In this document: piece after piece, positions 17,708 to 26,121 of the stretch | Layout of the letters: each line of letters starts with the position of its first letter | Numbering within the stretch: position 1 is the stretch's first letter | IMG/VR virus record: IMGVR_UViG_3300025010_000004 | Span: 49,295 to 113,294 of that record | Source of the DNA: a virus | Reading direction: 5' to 3' (one strand) | Length of the DNA stretch: 64,000 nucleotides | Translations under genes and position numbers: made by a program | The notes under the pieces: generated by a model | The model's database searches: none | Seen by the model: the letters and a program-made list of their open reading frames with translations, nothing else | Told to the model about the DNA's origin: nothing

Positions 17708-18283
17708 TTAATCTTCGAGATGTGCCCCGTAGTTCCTGCCGTCTGGAAGAGGTCTAATGGCTGCCTTGTACTTTTGGTATAGAGGGTTTCTCATTAAAAG
17801 GTTCTTACCGTACATGTCATAAATCTTATCAAATATACCACAACCTACATCATGGGTAGGCCCGGTTCCAGAAACACCACCAGTAAGCATGGCAATGAAT
17901 ATAAGCTCTTCCTCTGAAAAATATATCTGTGGCTTTGGCTCTTCCTTTGGTTTATCTGAGAAGTGTTCATTGTAGGCTTCGATTGCTGCTTTTACGCGGG
18001 GCCAATACCCAAGGGGTATACTAACCTCCATATTATCCCCCCCTTTGTTAGCCCCTCTGGTGTAAAGAGCTATATCAGCTTTACCGTCCATGAACCTTGG
18101 AAGCCCGTCTTTCGTATAGAACTGTGGGTGAGCAGAAGATACAATAGCGCACCCTCCAGAGAAGAATACCCCTACTCCTTGTGTAATAGTATCTCCAAGA
18201 TCAACTCCTCGATGAGTCTGTTCCACTATTACGATTTTCATAGTATTTCCTGCCAATTTGCCTACTACTCTTATGTGTTTCAT
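17708..18283 (-). CDS. EQTH-family paralog 10 with extra C-terminal domain
   Basis: Start moved to MKHIRV at 18283 (GAGGAGG RBS); IVEQTH..TRG..WPRVKAAIEAYNEHF. Confidence 0.8.
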   Translation of the reverse strand: MKHIRVVGKLAGNTMKIVIVEQTHRGVDLGDTITQGVGVFFSGGCAIVSSAHPQFYTKDGLPRFMDGKADIALYTRGANKGGDNMEVSIPLGYWPRVKAAIEAYNEHFSDKPKEEPKPQIYFSEEELIFIAMLTGGVSGTGPTHDVGCGIFDKIYDMYGKNLLMRNPLYQKYKAAIRPLPDGRNYGAHLED

Positions 18284-18300
18284 ACCGGTAAATTCCTCCT

Positions 18301-18723
18301 CTATTGTGCTTCGTTTTTGTCGTAGATAGCGGCATACAAGGGTATATTGGCCGTGCAGCACTGTGAGTTGTAGGCTGCCAAATCGTAGCCTACAACTGCG
18401 AACGCCTTGTACATCATTATCCATAGCTTGAGTTCGGCTATCCTTTTGCGGACTGCCTTGCCGAACACGTAGAAGCGGATGGTGCGTATGATTGGGAGGC
18501 GCAGAATAGCATATTCTGCTACTGTTGGTAGTCCTTCGTATCTATTACATCTATGCCCTTTTATACTTATCCACGGGCAGGAGTCGCACTTAAGATTACT
18601 TACTTTGCACAAAGAACAACCCGTATAGGTCGTCTTGTGCGTGTATTTACGATACTCCACTATAAGCTGTTCCATAGCCTTGATATTCTCTTTGACGTTT
18701 ACCGGGGCCTTAAGCAGTCGCAT
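18301..18723 (-). CDS. hypothetical protein with CxxC..CxxCPW motif
   Basis: CSLC....CDSCPW; overlaps upstream stop. Confidence 0.65.
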   Translation of the reverse strand: MRLLKAPVNVKENIKAMEQLIVEYRKYTHKTTYTGCSLCKVSNLKCDSCPWISIKGHRCNRYEGLPTVAEYAILRLPIIRTIRFYVFGKAVRKRIAELKLWIMMYKAFAVVGYDLAAYNSQCCTANIPLYAAIYDKNEAQ

Positions 18724-20086
18724 TTTTGATTTCTCCTTTTTCTATGAGGGTTTTAGTGTATAACAGCCCGTCTTCCCTTGTCAAGAACTTTTCTTCCATT
18801 TGGTCTTCATACAGCCGTTGGAGGATAGCGCCGAAATGTTTTCCAGGCTCCATGCCCATATCAATAAGGTCTCGGCCAAGAATAATCGGGGTGACTTGTG
18901 ATTTTATTTCCTCGAACACGCGCATGACCTCAGAAATCCTAGCTGAGTTTTCAGGCTCATATTCAGCGGCTACAACACCACCACGTCCAAGCCTATCCGC
19001 CTTGTGCAATTTTACTAGCTTATACATGTCAACCGAGGCGGCCAACTTGCGCACAGCCTTACGGCTCACCCCTGCTTTCTTAAAATCGTAAGGCCTCATG
19101 TGATGCTTAATGAGATTTATAGCGGATTCAGTAAGTCCTATCTCATTTGTTAGCCGAGCGATAGCCTTTTCAGCCAAAGAAGTCTCTTCCGCGTGACCTT
19201 TGAAATGAATCTTACCGCTGTCTTCTGTGTTGACCTCATTAGGAACAAGCCCCTTCCCTAAATCATGAAATAAGAGGGCCAGCATAATATCCAATTCCCT
19301 GTCAATAACAGGAATGGCATCTATTGCCATAAGGGTGTGATTATACACGGAACCTTCTGGATGATACGTGCTTCCTTGTTCAATTTTCTTGGTAGCGACC
19401 AGCTCAGGAAACAGTACATCGAGAATGTCCATAGCCTCAAGCGTCTTGAAGAAAACGGATGGAAGAGGAGCGTTCATTAGAACTCGCACCACTTCATTAA
19501 ACACTCGTTCCTGAGGCAGAGCTTTAACTTTAATTGGGCCGTGTACTTTGCATAGCGCCATTGTTTGAGCTTCTATGTTCATGAACGGGTAAATAGCCTT
19601 GAACCTCGCTACTCTCAATATACGCAAAGGGTCTTCCATGAATGTGCCAACATTCACGTGCTTTATGCGCAAGATACGAAGGTCAGGTATCCCATTAAAC
19701 GGGTCTTCGAACTTACCCGTCAACGGATCGAGGTAAATAGCGTTCATCGTCAAGTCCCTACGAACCGCTGCCAAGCTCAACGGCAGCTCTTCGCGTATCC
19801 TAGCGGTTAGATCACGGTGTCCTTCGCCAGTTTGCTCATCAAGCCTCGGCAGGCTAACGTCAATATCTTTGACTTTGTAAACTCCGTATTGCTTGCCTAC
19901 GTAGTTGACCTCACCGAAAGTTTCGAGAACTGCTTCGAGCTTCTCGGCTGAGAGGTTGAAAACTTCAATGTCTATGTCGGTGGAAGGTATGCCTAGGAGT
20001 AAATTTCTTACGTGGCCTCCTGTATAAAAAACTGAACCTCCCGCCTTGTGAATTGCCAACGATAGTTCAAGCGCAAACTTTTGCAT
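18710..20086 (-). CDS. cca: CCA-adding tRNA nucleotidyltransferase with HD domain
   Basis: GGHVRNLLLG...DIDIE, RRDLTMNAI, EDPLRILRVARF, ERV..E, HPEG.V..HT, HDLGK. Confidence 0.92.
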   Translation of the reverse strand: MQKFALELSLAIHKAGGSVFYTGGHVRNLLLGIPSTDIDIEVFNLSAEKLEAVLETFGEVNYVGKQYGVYKVKDIDVSLPRLDEQTGEGHRDLTARIREELPLSLAAVRRDLTMNAIYLDPLTGKFEDPFNGIPDLRILRIKHVNVGTFMEDPLRILRVARFKAIYPFMNIEAQTMALCKVHGPIKVKALPQERVFNEVVRVLMNAPLPSVFFKTLEAMDILDVLFPELVATKKIEQGSTYHPEGSVYNHTLMAIDAIPVIDRELDIMLALLFHDLGKGLVPNEVNTEDSGKIHFKGHAEETSLAEKAIARLTNEIGLTESAINLIKHHMRPYDFKKAGVSRKAVRKLAASVDMYKLVKLHKADRLGRGGVVAAEYEPENSARISEVMRVFEEIKSQVTPIILGRDLIDMGMEPGKHFGAILQRLYEDQMEEKFLTREDGLLYTKTLIEKGEIKNATA

Positions 20087-20102
20087 CTTCTTTCTCCTTA
20101 TG

Positions 20103-20118
20103 GTAGAATATGTTCTAC
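20103..20118. promoter_or_regulatory. GTAGAA-N4-TTCTAC palindrome
   Basis: GTAGAATATGTTCTAC, 2 nt from the cca RBS. Confidence 0.8.
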
Positions 20119-20122
20119 TTGT

Positions 20123-20287
20123 GCTTCTGTCCTTAGTATCACATGCAAGATTACGTGTGCAATGTTATAAGTAAACTAAAGACCCTGCCTCTAATTTGCC
20201 AGTAAACTGGCGTTTCGAGTTCTCGACTAAGTTTAATTTATCCTTAGAACACCTTTATCTCTTGCATGTGAGACTAAAAACAGAAGC
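20123..20287 (-). ncRNA. putative structured RNA closed by a ~28-bp stem
   Basis: GCTTCTGTTTTTAGTCTCACATGCAAGA...TCTTGCATGTGATACTAAGGACAGAAGC; G.U pairs fit the minus strand. Confidence 0.55.
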
Positions 20288-20334
20288 TAGTTCTGTTTTT
20301 AGTTTTACGGATCAAATCAAGCCGCTATCTGGTA

Positions 20335-20595
20335 TCAGTCGAATCGCACCGTTGCGCCTTTGAAAAGAATACCTGAGCAAACAGTACCGTTAACGCTTGA
20401 TCCGTTGGGTGATTTTGCGGAAAATCCCGTATGATAAAAATCATCATCTGAGCAGGCAAAGAAGTTGTAGCCAGTAATTTGAATTTCTTTGTAGCCTTGC
20501 GCAGTCAGAACAGATGTTGCCTTCGATGCATCAGTGCAACCAGATAACAAACAGATGCAGCCCACCAACGTCATTGCCTTCATAGACTTTTTCAT
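20335..20595 (-). CDS. small phage lipoprotein
   Basis: Lipobox LSGC; GY..I.ITGY.FFACS.DD...TGF.A..G.VCSG. Confidence 0.8.
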   Translation of the reverse strand: MKKSMKAMTLVGCICLLSGCTDASKATSVLTAQGYKEIQITGYNFFACSDDDFYHTGFSAKSPNGSSVNGTVCSGILFKGATVRFD

Positions 20596-20619
20596 GTGTT
20601 TTCTCCTTTTATTGTTTAT

Positions 20620-20886
20620 TGCCTAGCTACCCAGCCTAGAGGAATCAGATGGCCAATCTACTAATGCCAAAGACCTTTACCTAGGATTTGAAAGACCTTT
20701 AAACTTTTCCACCTGAACTCTAAGGGTAAGACGCCTGAATATTGAGAGTTGAAGCCTGATCTTTAAGCTTTGAGCTTTGAAGACGGACGACTTTATAGGT
20801 CGTGTTAGCTTTTATATTCTCGCAATAAGAACGCTCTAACCCTTGCGTTAGGGGAGTAGAGTTTACTGATTTCGGGCAACTAGGCA
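20620..20886 (-). ncRNA. putative ~267-nt structured RNA with seven heptad repeats
   Basis: 13-bp terminal stem TGCCTAGTTGCCC/GGGTAGCTAGGCA (2 G.U), internal hairpins, heptads at 20733-20781. Confidence 0.7.
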
Positions 20887-20893
20887 GTGTTGA

Positions 20894-21517
20894 TTATTCC
20901 GGTACTTCTACCTCAGTGATAGCGTTGCTTGTTGAAAGCGCCAGGTCAACTTCTCCCTCGAACTCGAAAATGTACTTCTGTAGCTTTTCGATCTCTTCAC
21001 GAATAGTGATCTGGTCGATTATGGAGTAGAGGTTGTTTTCCTTGAAGTTCTCTTCAAACTTCTTGTCGGCTTCGTGGTCAACCTTTCCTTCTTTACCACG
21101 CGCCACTTTGAGCATTTCGTCAAGCCGCGCGTTGGCGTCTTTGTTACCTGTTTCGATTGCCTTCGATATCTTGCCGAACTGGTTACGCAACTCATTGAGC
21201 AACTGCTTCTGGTACTCAATACTGGACTTTCGCTCAATAGCGTCGGCGACGGTGTAAGTAGTGCCAGCAATATCAACTGTCGTTGTAGCGTTGCTGACGA
21301 CTATGATGGCCTTGATCTTGTTGCGCCTATCAACAAGAGCGGTAACTGAATCGTAGCAGCCTTTGATCGTTTCCTTTACCTTTGCCTCATCAGTGAACCC
21401 TGCCGGTAGCGTCTTACCAACTTTCAGCGAGACGAATATACCGCCTGCAATTCCATGCTCGATGCGCTTGCCGAGCGTCTTCAACTCTACCAACAGTGCT
21501 GCGATTGACTTCTTCAT
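20894..21517 (-). CDS. DIP1984/DUF6847-like coiled-coil protein
   Basis: SIAALL.ELK.L..RI, I..SNATT.V...TVADAIERK, EVD.ALS.SNA.T. Confidence 0.7.
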   Translation of the reverse strand: MKKSIAALLVELKTLGKRIEHGIAGGIFVSLKVGKTLPAGFTDEAKVKETIKGCYDSVTALVDRRNKIKAIIVVSNATTTVDIAGTTYTVADAIERKSSIEYQKQLLNELRNQFGKISKAIETGNKDANARLDEMLKVARGKEGKVDHEADKKFEENFKENNLYSIIDQITIREEIEKLQKYIFEFEGEVDLALSTSNAITEVEVPE

Positions 21518-21543
21518 TGATTGTTACCTCCTGAGGTTTGATT

Positions 21544-21559
21544 GTAGAACAAGTTCTAC
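21544..21559. promoter_or_regulatory. GTAGAA-N4-TTCTAC palindrome
   Basis: Contains stop of 21556..21891. Confidence 0.8.
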
Positions 21560-21891
21560 CTGTTAACTATAGTGTTGTAAAGTTCATCCGGCGTCAGTTC
21601 TCTGTACCTTCCAGTAGGGTTAGCGCTATGTATATTCTCATATTCAAACATACGAGGCTGCGCACATATTTCAACAGCTGATACTTTAGCAGCCTCAATT
21701 GTGTCCTCCAAATCCTGATCGTCGCCGGACAGTGTGGTAATGTACTTACCGATCATGTCCTTTTGCATCTTAACAGCGCAGTCACGTTCGTACTGCGTAA
21801 CTAGGTGGCTCTCCATGCGCCAGATAGGAGTATCATTTGAGCACCCTTGCACCATAACTGATACTGCTAAGATTAAAATAAATAGTTTCAT
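21556..21891 (-). CDS. putative lipoprotein
   Basis: Signal peptide + VQGC. Confidence 0.65.
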   Translation of the reverse strand: MKLFILILAVSVMVQGCSNDTPIWRMESHLVTQYERDCAVKMQKDMIGKYITTLSGDDQDLEDTIEAAKVSAVEICAQPRMFEYENIHSANPTGRYRELTPDELYNTIVNR

Positions 21892-22232
21892 ATCCTCCCC
21901 TTCGCTATCGCCTTAGATAATTCAAGGGTTGACAAATTCCTACTAGCAACCCTACGCCGCATGGAATTGGCTACAATTTGGGCACGGAAATTGGACGGCT
22001 CGGTATGGTCGTAGTTATTATTCACGTAAATCTCGCAGCCTCTTACTGTTACAGTTACATACTGCCCAGCCAGTGCATGAGACACATGACTCGGTTTATG
22101 AACAGGAGGATTGCAAATATCACAGATTGATTTCTTTGAAGGTGTTCCACATCTTTGGCACGTCATGGCCCCGCTCAAATTCTTGATGATAACATCATCT
22201 CTCACTGAATAGTCAAGCGCAATTGTTTCCAT
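21888..22232 (-). CDS. hypothetical protein with zinc ribbon
   Basis: CQRC..CDIC. Confidence 0.65.
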   Translation of the reverse strand: METIALDYSVRDDVIIKNLSGAMTCQRCGTPSKKSICDICNPPVHKPSHVSHALAGQYVTVTVRGCEIYVNNNYDHTEPSNFRAQIVANSMRRRVASRNLSTLELSKAIAKGRI

Positions 22233-22261
22233 TACGATGCCCTCCTAAGGCGTCTGTTGAG

Positions 22262-22277
22262 GTAGAACAAGTTCTAC
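22262..22277. promoter_or_regulatory. GTAGAA-N4-TTCTAC palindrome
   Basis: GTAGAACAAGTTCTAC. Confidence 0.8.
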
Positions 22278-22437
22278 CATGTGCTGTAAAGCCCTCATAA
22301 TTAGTGGTAACATTTTTAAAGCTGAGTGAGGATACACTTCGACGCTAAATTAGCGCTGGGTATACGTCTGCGCTAAATTGGACGTAACTATGCCCAATTA
22401 TTTAGATAGTACAGTACAAACGTTGCGGTTGATTGGT

Positions 22438-22644
22438 TTAGCAGGAGGTTAAATATTTATCTACATGATGGGAGTTATACGGTGTGAAGAATTCTACGGT
22501 GGGGGATACTATGATGGAGAATCGCCGGAAGAATGAAGAAGATTTTAGACGCTTCATTAGGGAGAGTTTGGTGGCACGGGCTATGAATTTCTTATTGCAA
22601 AGCTGGATGAATTGGTTTTTGAGGACTTTTGTGGACTGGTACAT
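22438..22644 (-). CDS. small basic hypothetical protein behind a structured leader
   Basis: AAGGAGG RBS; atypical composition. Confidence 0.4.
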   Translation of the reverse strand: MYQSTKVLKNQFIQLCNKKFIARATKLSLMKRLKSSSFFRRFSIIVSPTVEFFTPYNSHHVDKYLTSC

Positions 22645-22809
22645 GGGTGAGGCCTCCTTGGCTTTCGCCGGTCAGTGCCTGGTTGTACAATTACAACCAA
22701 GGCTATACTACACCGCTTTTGTTATCTCAGAGCGGCAACTGAGGTTCCCGCAACGGATTGTGGCAACATAAGTTACCCACGCTCCCTGCGGTCAATCGTT
22801 ATACTTTAA

Positions 22810-23289
22810 TTAGAAAGGAAATACCATGGAAACTACTATTGGGCGTCTTCTGTTGTCTGCAAGCTCGCTTCCCAATCCTCCTTTGCTGTTTAGATAAACA
22901 ACTGTGGCTTGGAGAACAGCTACACTTCCCCAGATTGTGCGTCGTATTGTTTTGGATTCTACGTAACTTGCGGCAGCAGTGGTTATAGCACACCCAGCAA
23001 AGTAAAAGTATATTCTGTCGTCGCTAGGGTGCTCTCCTAATGCTGCGTTGGATTCATACTTATTTCGCCAGTTCTTAATGTCTAAGGTTTGCCCTAAATC
23101 ATCGGCAAGCAGTTTAATAGCATTGCCTAACATAACCTTATCCACCAATTCAAGCTGGTTTGATTGCAATTTTAGTGTAATCTCATCCTCAGAAAATGAA
23201 TGGGTAACTGAGGATAATAGAAGCGCTGTTGTCACTACTGCATACTTCCAGATAGTCTGAAACATTATACACCTCCTTACACATTTCAT
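22810..23289 (-). CDS. secreted/membrane hypothetical protein
   Basis: Signal-like N-terminus (probable start MFQTIW), E.N..LG.HPS motif, ends in F. Confidence 0.7.
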   Translation of the reverse strand: MKCVRRCIMFQTIWKYAVVTTALLLSSVTHSFSEDEITLKLQSNQLELVDKVMLGNAIKLLADDLGQTLDIKNWRNKYESNAALGEHPSDDRIYFYFAGCAITTAAASYVESKTIRRTIWGSVAVLQATVVYLNSKGGLGSELADNRRRPIVVSMVFPF

Positions 23290-23747
23290 TAAAGGTTAAG
23301 CATTTTGCGCATGCTCGCAAAAATTTCTTCGGCGGTTCCTGTGAAGGTAACAACCATTTGTGCGCCCTTTTGCTTCTTATCTACGTGCGGTTCTTTAGAT
23401 GACTCCTTCTTTTCCTTTATATGCTTTTCTATAGACTGCTTTAAAGGAGTCCCAGCAGCCCTAGCAACCCACCCGTGTGACTTATTTACCCAAATGTTCC
23501 TTATTCCGTCTGACTCTATTTCTTTCCTGAGTACAGCTGGACTATTAAACGATACGGCTGCCTTGCCCATTTTCTCGGAAGACGGATATCGCCAGTAGCG
23601 TTCACGATCATCTCCTGTGTTATGCTTGTAGGCTACGATAAGCATATCACCGTTATCAAGCCTAGCACATATCTCTTTAAGAGTCATGTCCTGCTCAACA
23701 TTAATTGCTATAGACATTTTACCCATGTTTACAATCATCTTTTTCAT
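23289..23747 (-). CDS. hypothetical protein
   Basis: 152 aa, AAGGAG RBS. Confidence 0.7.
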   Translation of the reverse strand: MKKMIVNMGKMSIAINVEQDMTLKEICARLDNGDMLIVAYKHNTGDDRERYWRYPSSEKMGKAAVSFNSPAVLRKEIESDGIRNIWVNKSHGWVARAAGTPLKQSIEKHIKEKKESSKEPHVDKKQKGAQMVVTFTGTAEEIFASMRKMLNL

Positions 23748-23788
23748 TGGCTACTCCTTTGCTGTAGTCATGCTGTTGATGTGGCCAT

Positions 23789-24058
23789 CTACCCCTTTAC
23801 AAGTTTTAGCTTAGGCTTCCTTATCCACCATATACGGTGTGCGGTACGCCTAGCCTTTGCCTCGTCCTTCTTATTCTCAGTTAGCCACTTAACGCCCAAA
23901 CACTTCTTATGGATTATTATGTCCTTGTAGTCAGGCTGCTTGACATACACCATATCAGAGCAGTTCCCAACCTGGCCACACCCGTTACACCTAACCTGCT
24001 TCTTATCATCTTCTATTTCAAACCATGTCGTAACTTCAACTTTGTCTTTGGCTTTCAT
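23789..24058 (-). CDS. hypothetical protein (CxxC..HxxC)
   Basis: 89 aa, GAGGTG RBS. Confidence 0.65.
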   Translation of the reverse strand: MKAKDKVEVTTWFEIEDDKKQVRCNGCGQVGNCSDMVYVKQPDYKDIIIHKKCLGVKWLTENKKDEAKARRTAHRIWWIRKPKLKLVKG

Positions 24059-24075
24059 AAGTCACCTCGTAAGAT

Positions 24076-24091
24076 GTAGAAGATGTTCTAC
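24076..24091. promoter_or_regulatory. GTAGAA-N4-TTCTAC palindrome
   Basis: GTAGAAGATGTTCTAC, contains stop of a small ORF ending DKLYDR*. Confidence 0.75.
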
Positions 24092-24223
24092 CTATCGTAA
24101 AGCTTGTCTGATATTGATTCAACAAAATTCTCGTCTTCGGCGTAGTACTCCCCGAACTCGTGAAGGAAGTGCTTAAGGAATTCTATTTCATCGTCTGTAA
24201 AGAATATTTTTCTGCCCACGTAG

Positions 24224-24889
24224 TTACCTCTCTTCTGGTGGTCTATATCCAATCTGCAAAGCGCGGAATATAGATTCCTCTGTTGGAGTTATAAGTTTGC
24301 CATTAGGCGTAAATATACCTTTCTCCGATAACTTCCACCCTCTGCGCTTAGCTTCTTCGCGCATAAGTATGTTTAACCTAGCGGAGCCAGTCCTGTATAG
24401 CAACTGCGGCGCCCAATCTTCTTCATCGACTCTGTTGATATCGAGAGGGACTTCTTCCCAGGTTCCTCTTAATGTAACTGGGCCGTTAATCTTAACTTTA
24501 AACTCATTCTGACCTACCATGAACTGTTTGAACCGTTCAAATGTATCAGCGTCAGTCTGGAGTATAATATCTACGTCCTTGGAGTCAGGAAGGAGCCTCC
24601 TATAGGAGCCTACAACTTCCCACTTGCCACCTGTCCATTCCAGCATCGGTACTATTTCTGATAATACTTCATCTATTCTAGCGCGAGTTATACGCAGCTC
24701 TTTTACAGCCTGTAAAGTAGGCTTAGCAGGTAGTAATTGCAGATGTTTGCAAGTACCACGAAACCGAAACCCTTCGCAACTACAGTGCCAGTGTACCTTT
24801 TTCTTTGTGAGAGCATACACTTTCCCATCCCACCTCTCCACTTTATATTCCGTGTCAGACACGGGTATGAGTCGGTATCCGTATAGCAT
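24224..24889 (-). CDS. minimal family X DNA polymerase fused to a SWIM zinc finger
   Basis: CSC.GF.FRG.CKH; GSYRR..KDVDI, LYRTGS..N..MR..AK..G.KLSE.G, TEE.IF..L...Y.PPEER. Confidence 0.85.
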   Translation of the reverse strand: MLYGYRLIPVSDTEYKVERWDGKVYALTKKKVHWHCSCEGFRFRGTCKHLQLLPAKPTLQAVKELRITRARIDEVLSEIVPMLEWTGGKWEVVGSYRRLLPDSKDVDIILQTDADTFERFKQFMVGQNEFKVKINGPVTLRGTWEEVPLDINRVDEEDWAPQLLYRTGSARLNILMREEAKRRGWKLSEKGIFTPNGKLITPTEESIFRALQIGYRPPEER

Positions 24890-24901
24890 TGGAAGCCTCT
24901 T

Positions 24902-25354
24902 TTACCACTTTAGGATAGGAGTATACCCGAGCGACTTTATCTCAGACATTTCTTCCTCAGTGGGAATGCCTACGTACAAGTTAGTGTTATACGAACACAA
25001 CTCACGCATTCTCTTCGCTATAGCAGCATCATACTTCCACACTGTATAGATTCCATCGGCGAGCATCACAAGCACATAGCTTGCTCTTGTTAACTCAAGC
25101 ACCGGATCTACGTTGTGGGCTATTACTTTCAGAATGTTAAGGTGTGCCTCAGCAACCTCAGTAGTCTCTGCCAAACCCCCGTGAAAGTTGGCTGAAAGAA
25201 CTACTGTAAAGTCTGGGATGTGCAACAAGGCGTCTGCCTGCCACATCCTACCCTTAGCCTTAGGCGCTCCAGGAACCATCTTGAGATGAGAAGCAACCCT
25301 CGCCCCTCTAAGTAGTAGCGACTGGTAGTAATTTGGATGCTTTTGGACGTTCAT
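24902..25354 (-). CDS. hypothetical protein
   Basis: 150 aa, AAAGGAG RBS. Confidence 0.7.
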   Translation of the reverse strand: MNVQKHPNYYQSLLLRGARVASHLKMVPGAPKAKGRMWQADALLHIPDFTVVLSANFHGGLAETTEVAEAHLNILKVIAHNVDPVLELTRASYVLVMLADGIYTVWKYDAAIAKRMRELCSYNTNLYVGIPTEEEMSEIKSLGYTPILKW

Positions 25355-25372
25355 TGTGAACTCCTTTGTAGG

Positions 25373-25388
25373 GTAGAATATGTTCTAC
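25373..25388. promoter_or_regulatory. GTAGAA-N4-TTCTAC palindrome
   Basis: Contains stop of 25385..26077. Confidence 0.8.
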
Positions 25389-26077
25389 TTCGCTATAATT
25401 AAACTAACAGCGTTGTCCGCTATAGCAGTAAAATCTATAGTGCATTCCGCCGCCGCCCTCGCCGCCGCGCTCGCCGCGCTCGCCGCCCTCGCCGCCGCCT
25501 CCGCCGCGCTCGCCGCCCATCCCGCCTCCGCCGCCCTCGCCGCCGCCTCCGCCGCCCTCGCCGCCCATCCCGCCTCCGCCGCCCTCGCCGCCCATCCCGC
25601 CCCCGCCGCCTCCGCCGCCGCCCCCGCCGCCTCCTTGGAAGGGGTTATAGCGTATTGTTTAGCAGCGTTTATTGCTTCTCTAACGCGCGTATCTGAAGGG
25701 CGTGTGTCTTCGAATACACTAAGTACTGACTCAGCGCAAAGCGCCGCAAACATAGTTCTTACTTGTGCATCAATAGCGCTACCTACCCACGTAGGAGAAC
25801 TTAGTTCACGTAAGGTGGTAAGTTTAAAGCACCCGACTTTACCAAAATCACTACACACTACTTTACCGGAAGCTTCCCATAGTCTAGGACTGTGTATGTT
25901 AGCGTGTATAGGATTGAGAAGGAATGCTAAGGTTGCGTTACTATAAGCGTGTAACACATCTGATGAGCAAAGACTGGGGTTGTCTTTTTTATTTTTCTTA
26001 TGGGTGACATTTTCGCCCCAGACTGTTGTTTTGTGGTAAGTTGTGTTGTCCTGTTCAGTTAGTTTGAAAAGTTTCAT
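25385..26077 (-). CDS. Imm5-like helical protein with Ala-rich repeat
   Basis: FA..CAE.VL..FE...P.D.R.R.AI.AA followed by (A/E/R/W/S)AA repeats. Confidence 0.7.
   Translation of the reverse strand: MKLFKLTEQDNTTYHKTTVWGENVTHKKNKKDNPSLCSSDVLHAYSNATLAFLLNPIHANIHSPRLWEASGKVVCSDFGKVGCFKLTTLRELSSPTWVGSAIDAQVRTMFAALCAESVLSVFEDTRPSDTRVREAINAAKQYAITPSKEAAGAAAEAAGAGWAARAAEAGWAARAAEAAARAAEAGWAASAAEAAARAASAASAAARAAAECTIDFTAIADNAVSLIIAK
25447..25634 (-). repeat. GCG-rich low-complexity coding repeat
   Basis: GCG GCG NNN units, extremely GC-rich against an AT-rich background. Confidence 0.9.
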
Positions 26078-26091
26078 TTTATCTCCTTACG

Positions 26092-26107
26092 GTAGAATAT
26101 GTTCTAC
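26092..26107. promoter_or_regulatory. GTAGAA-N4-TTCTAC palindrome
   Basis: GTAGAATATGTTCTAC, 2 nt from RBS. Confidence 0.8.
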
Positions 26108-26121
26108 TTCATGACACTTAA

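Noticed and set aside
20123-20886. Retron msr-msd or DGR template for the two structured RNAs
   Set aside because: No reverse transcriptase in the window and no adenine-variant repeat pair seen; cannot be excluded for the rest of the genome.
25380-25946. Alternative-frame ORFs 25380..25946(+) and 25404..25595(-)
   Set aside because: Shadows of the GC-rich repeat within 25385..26077.
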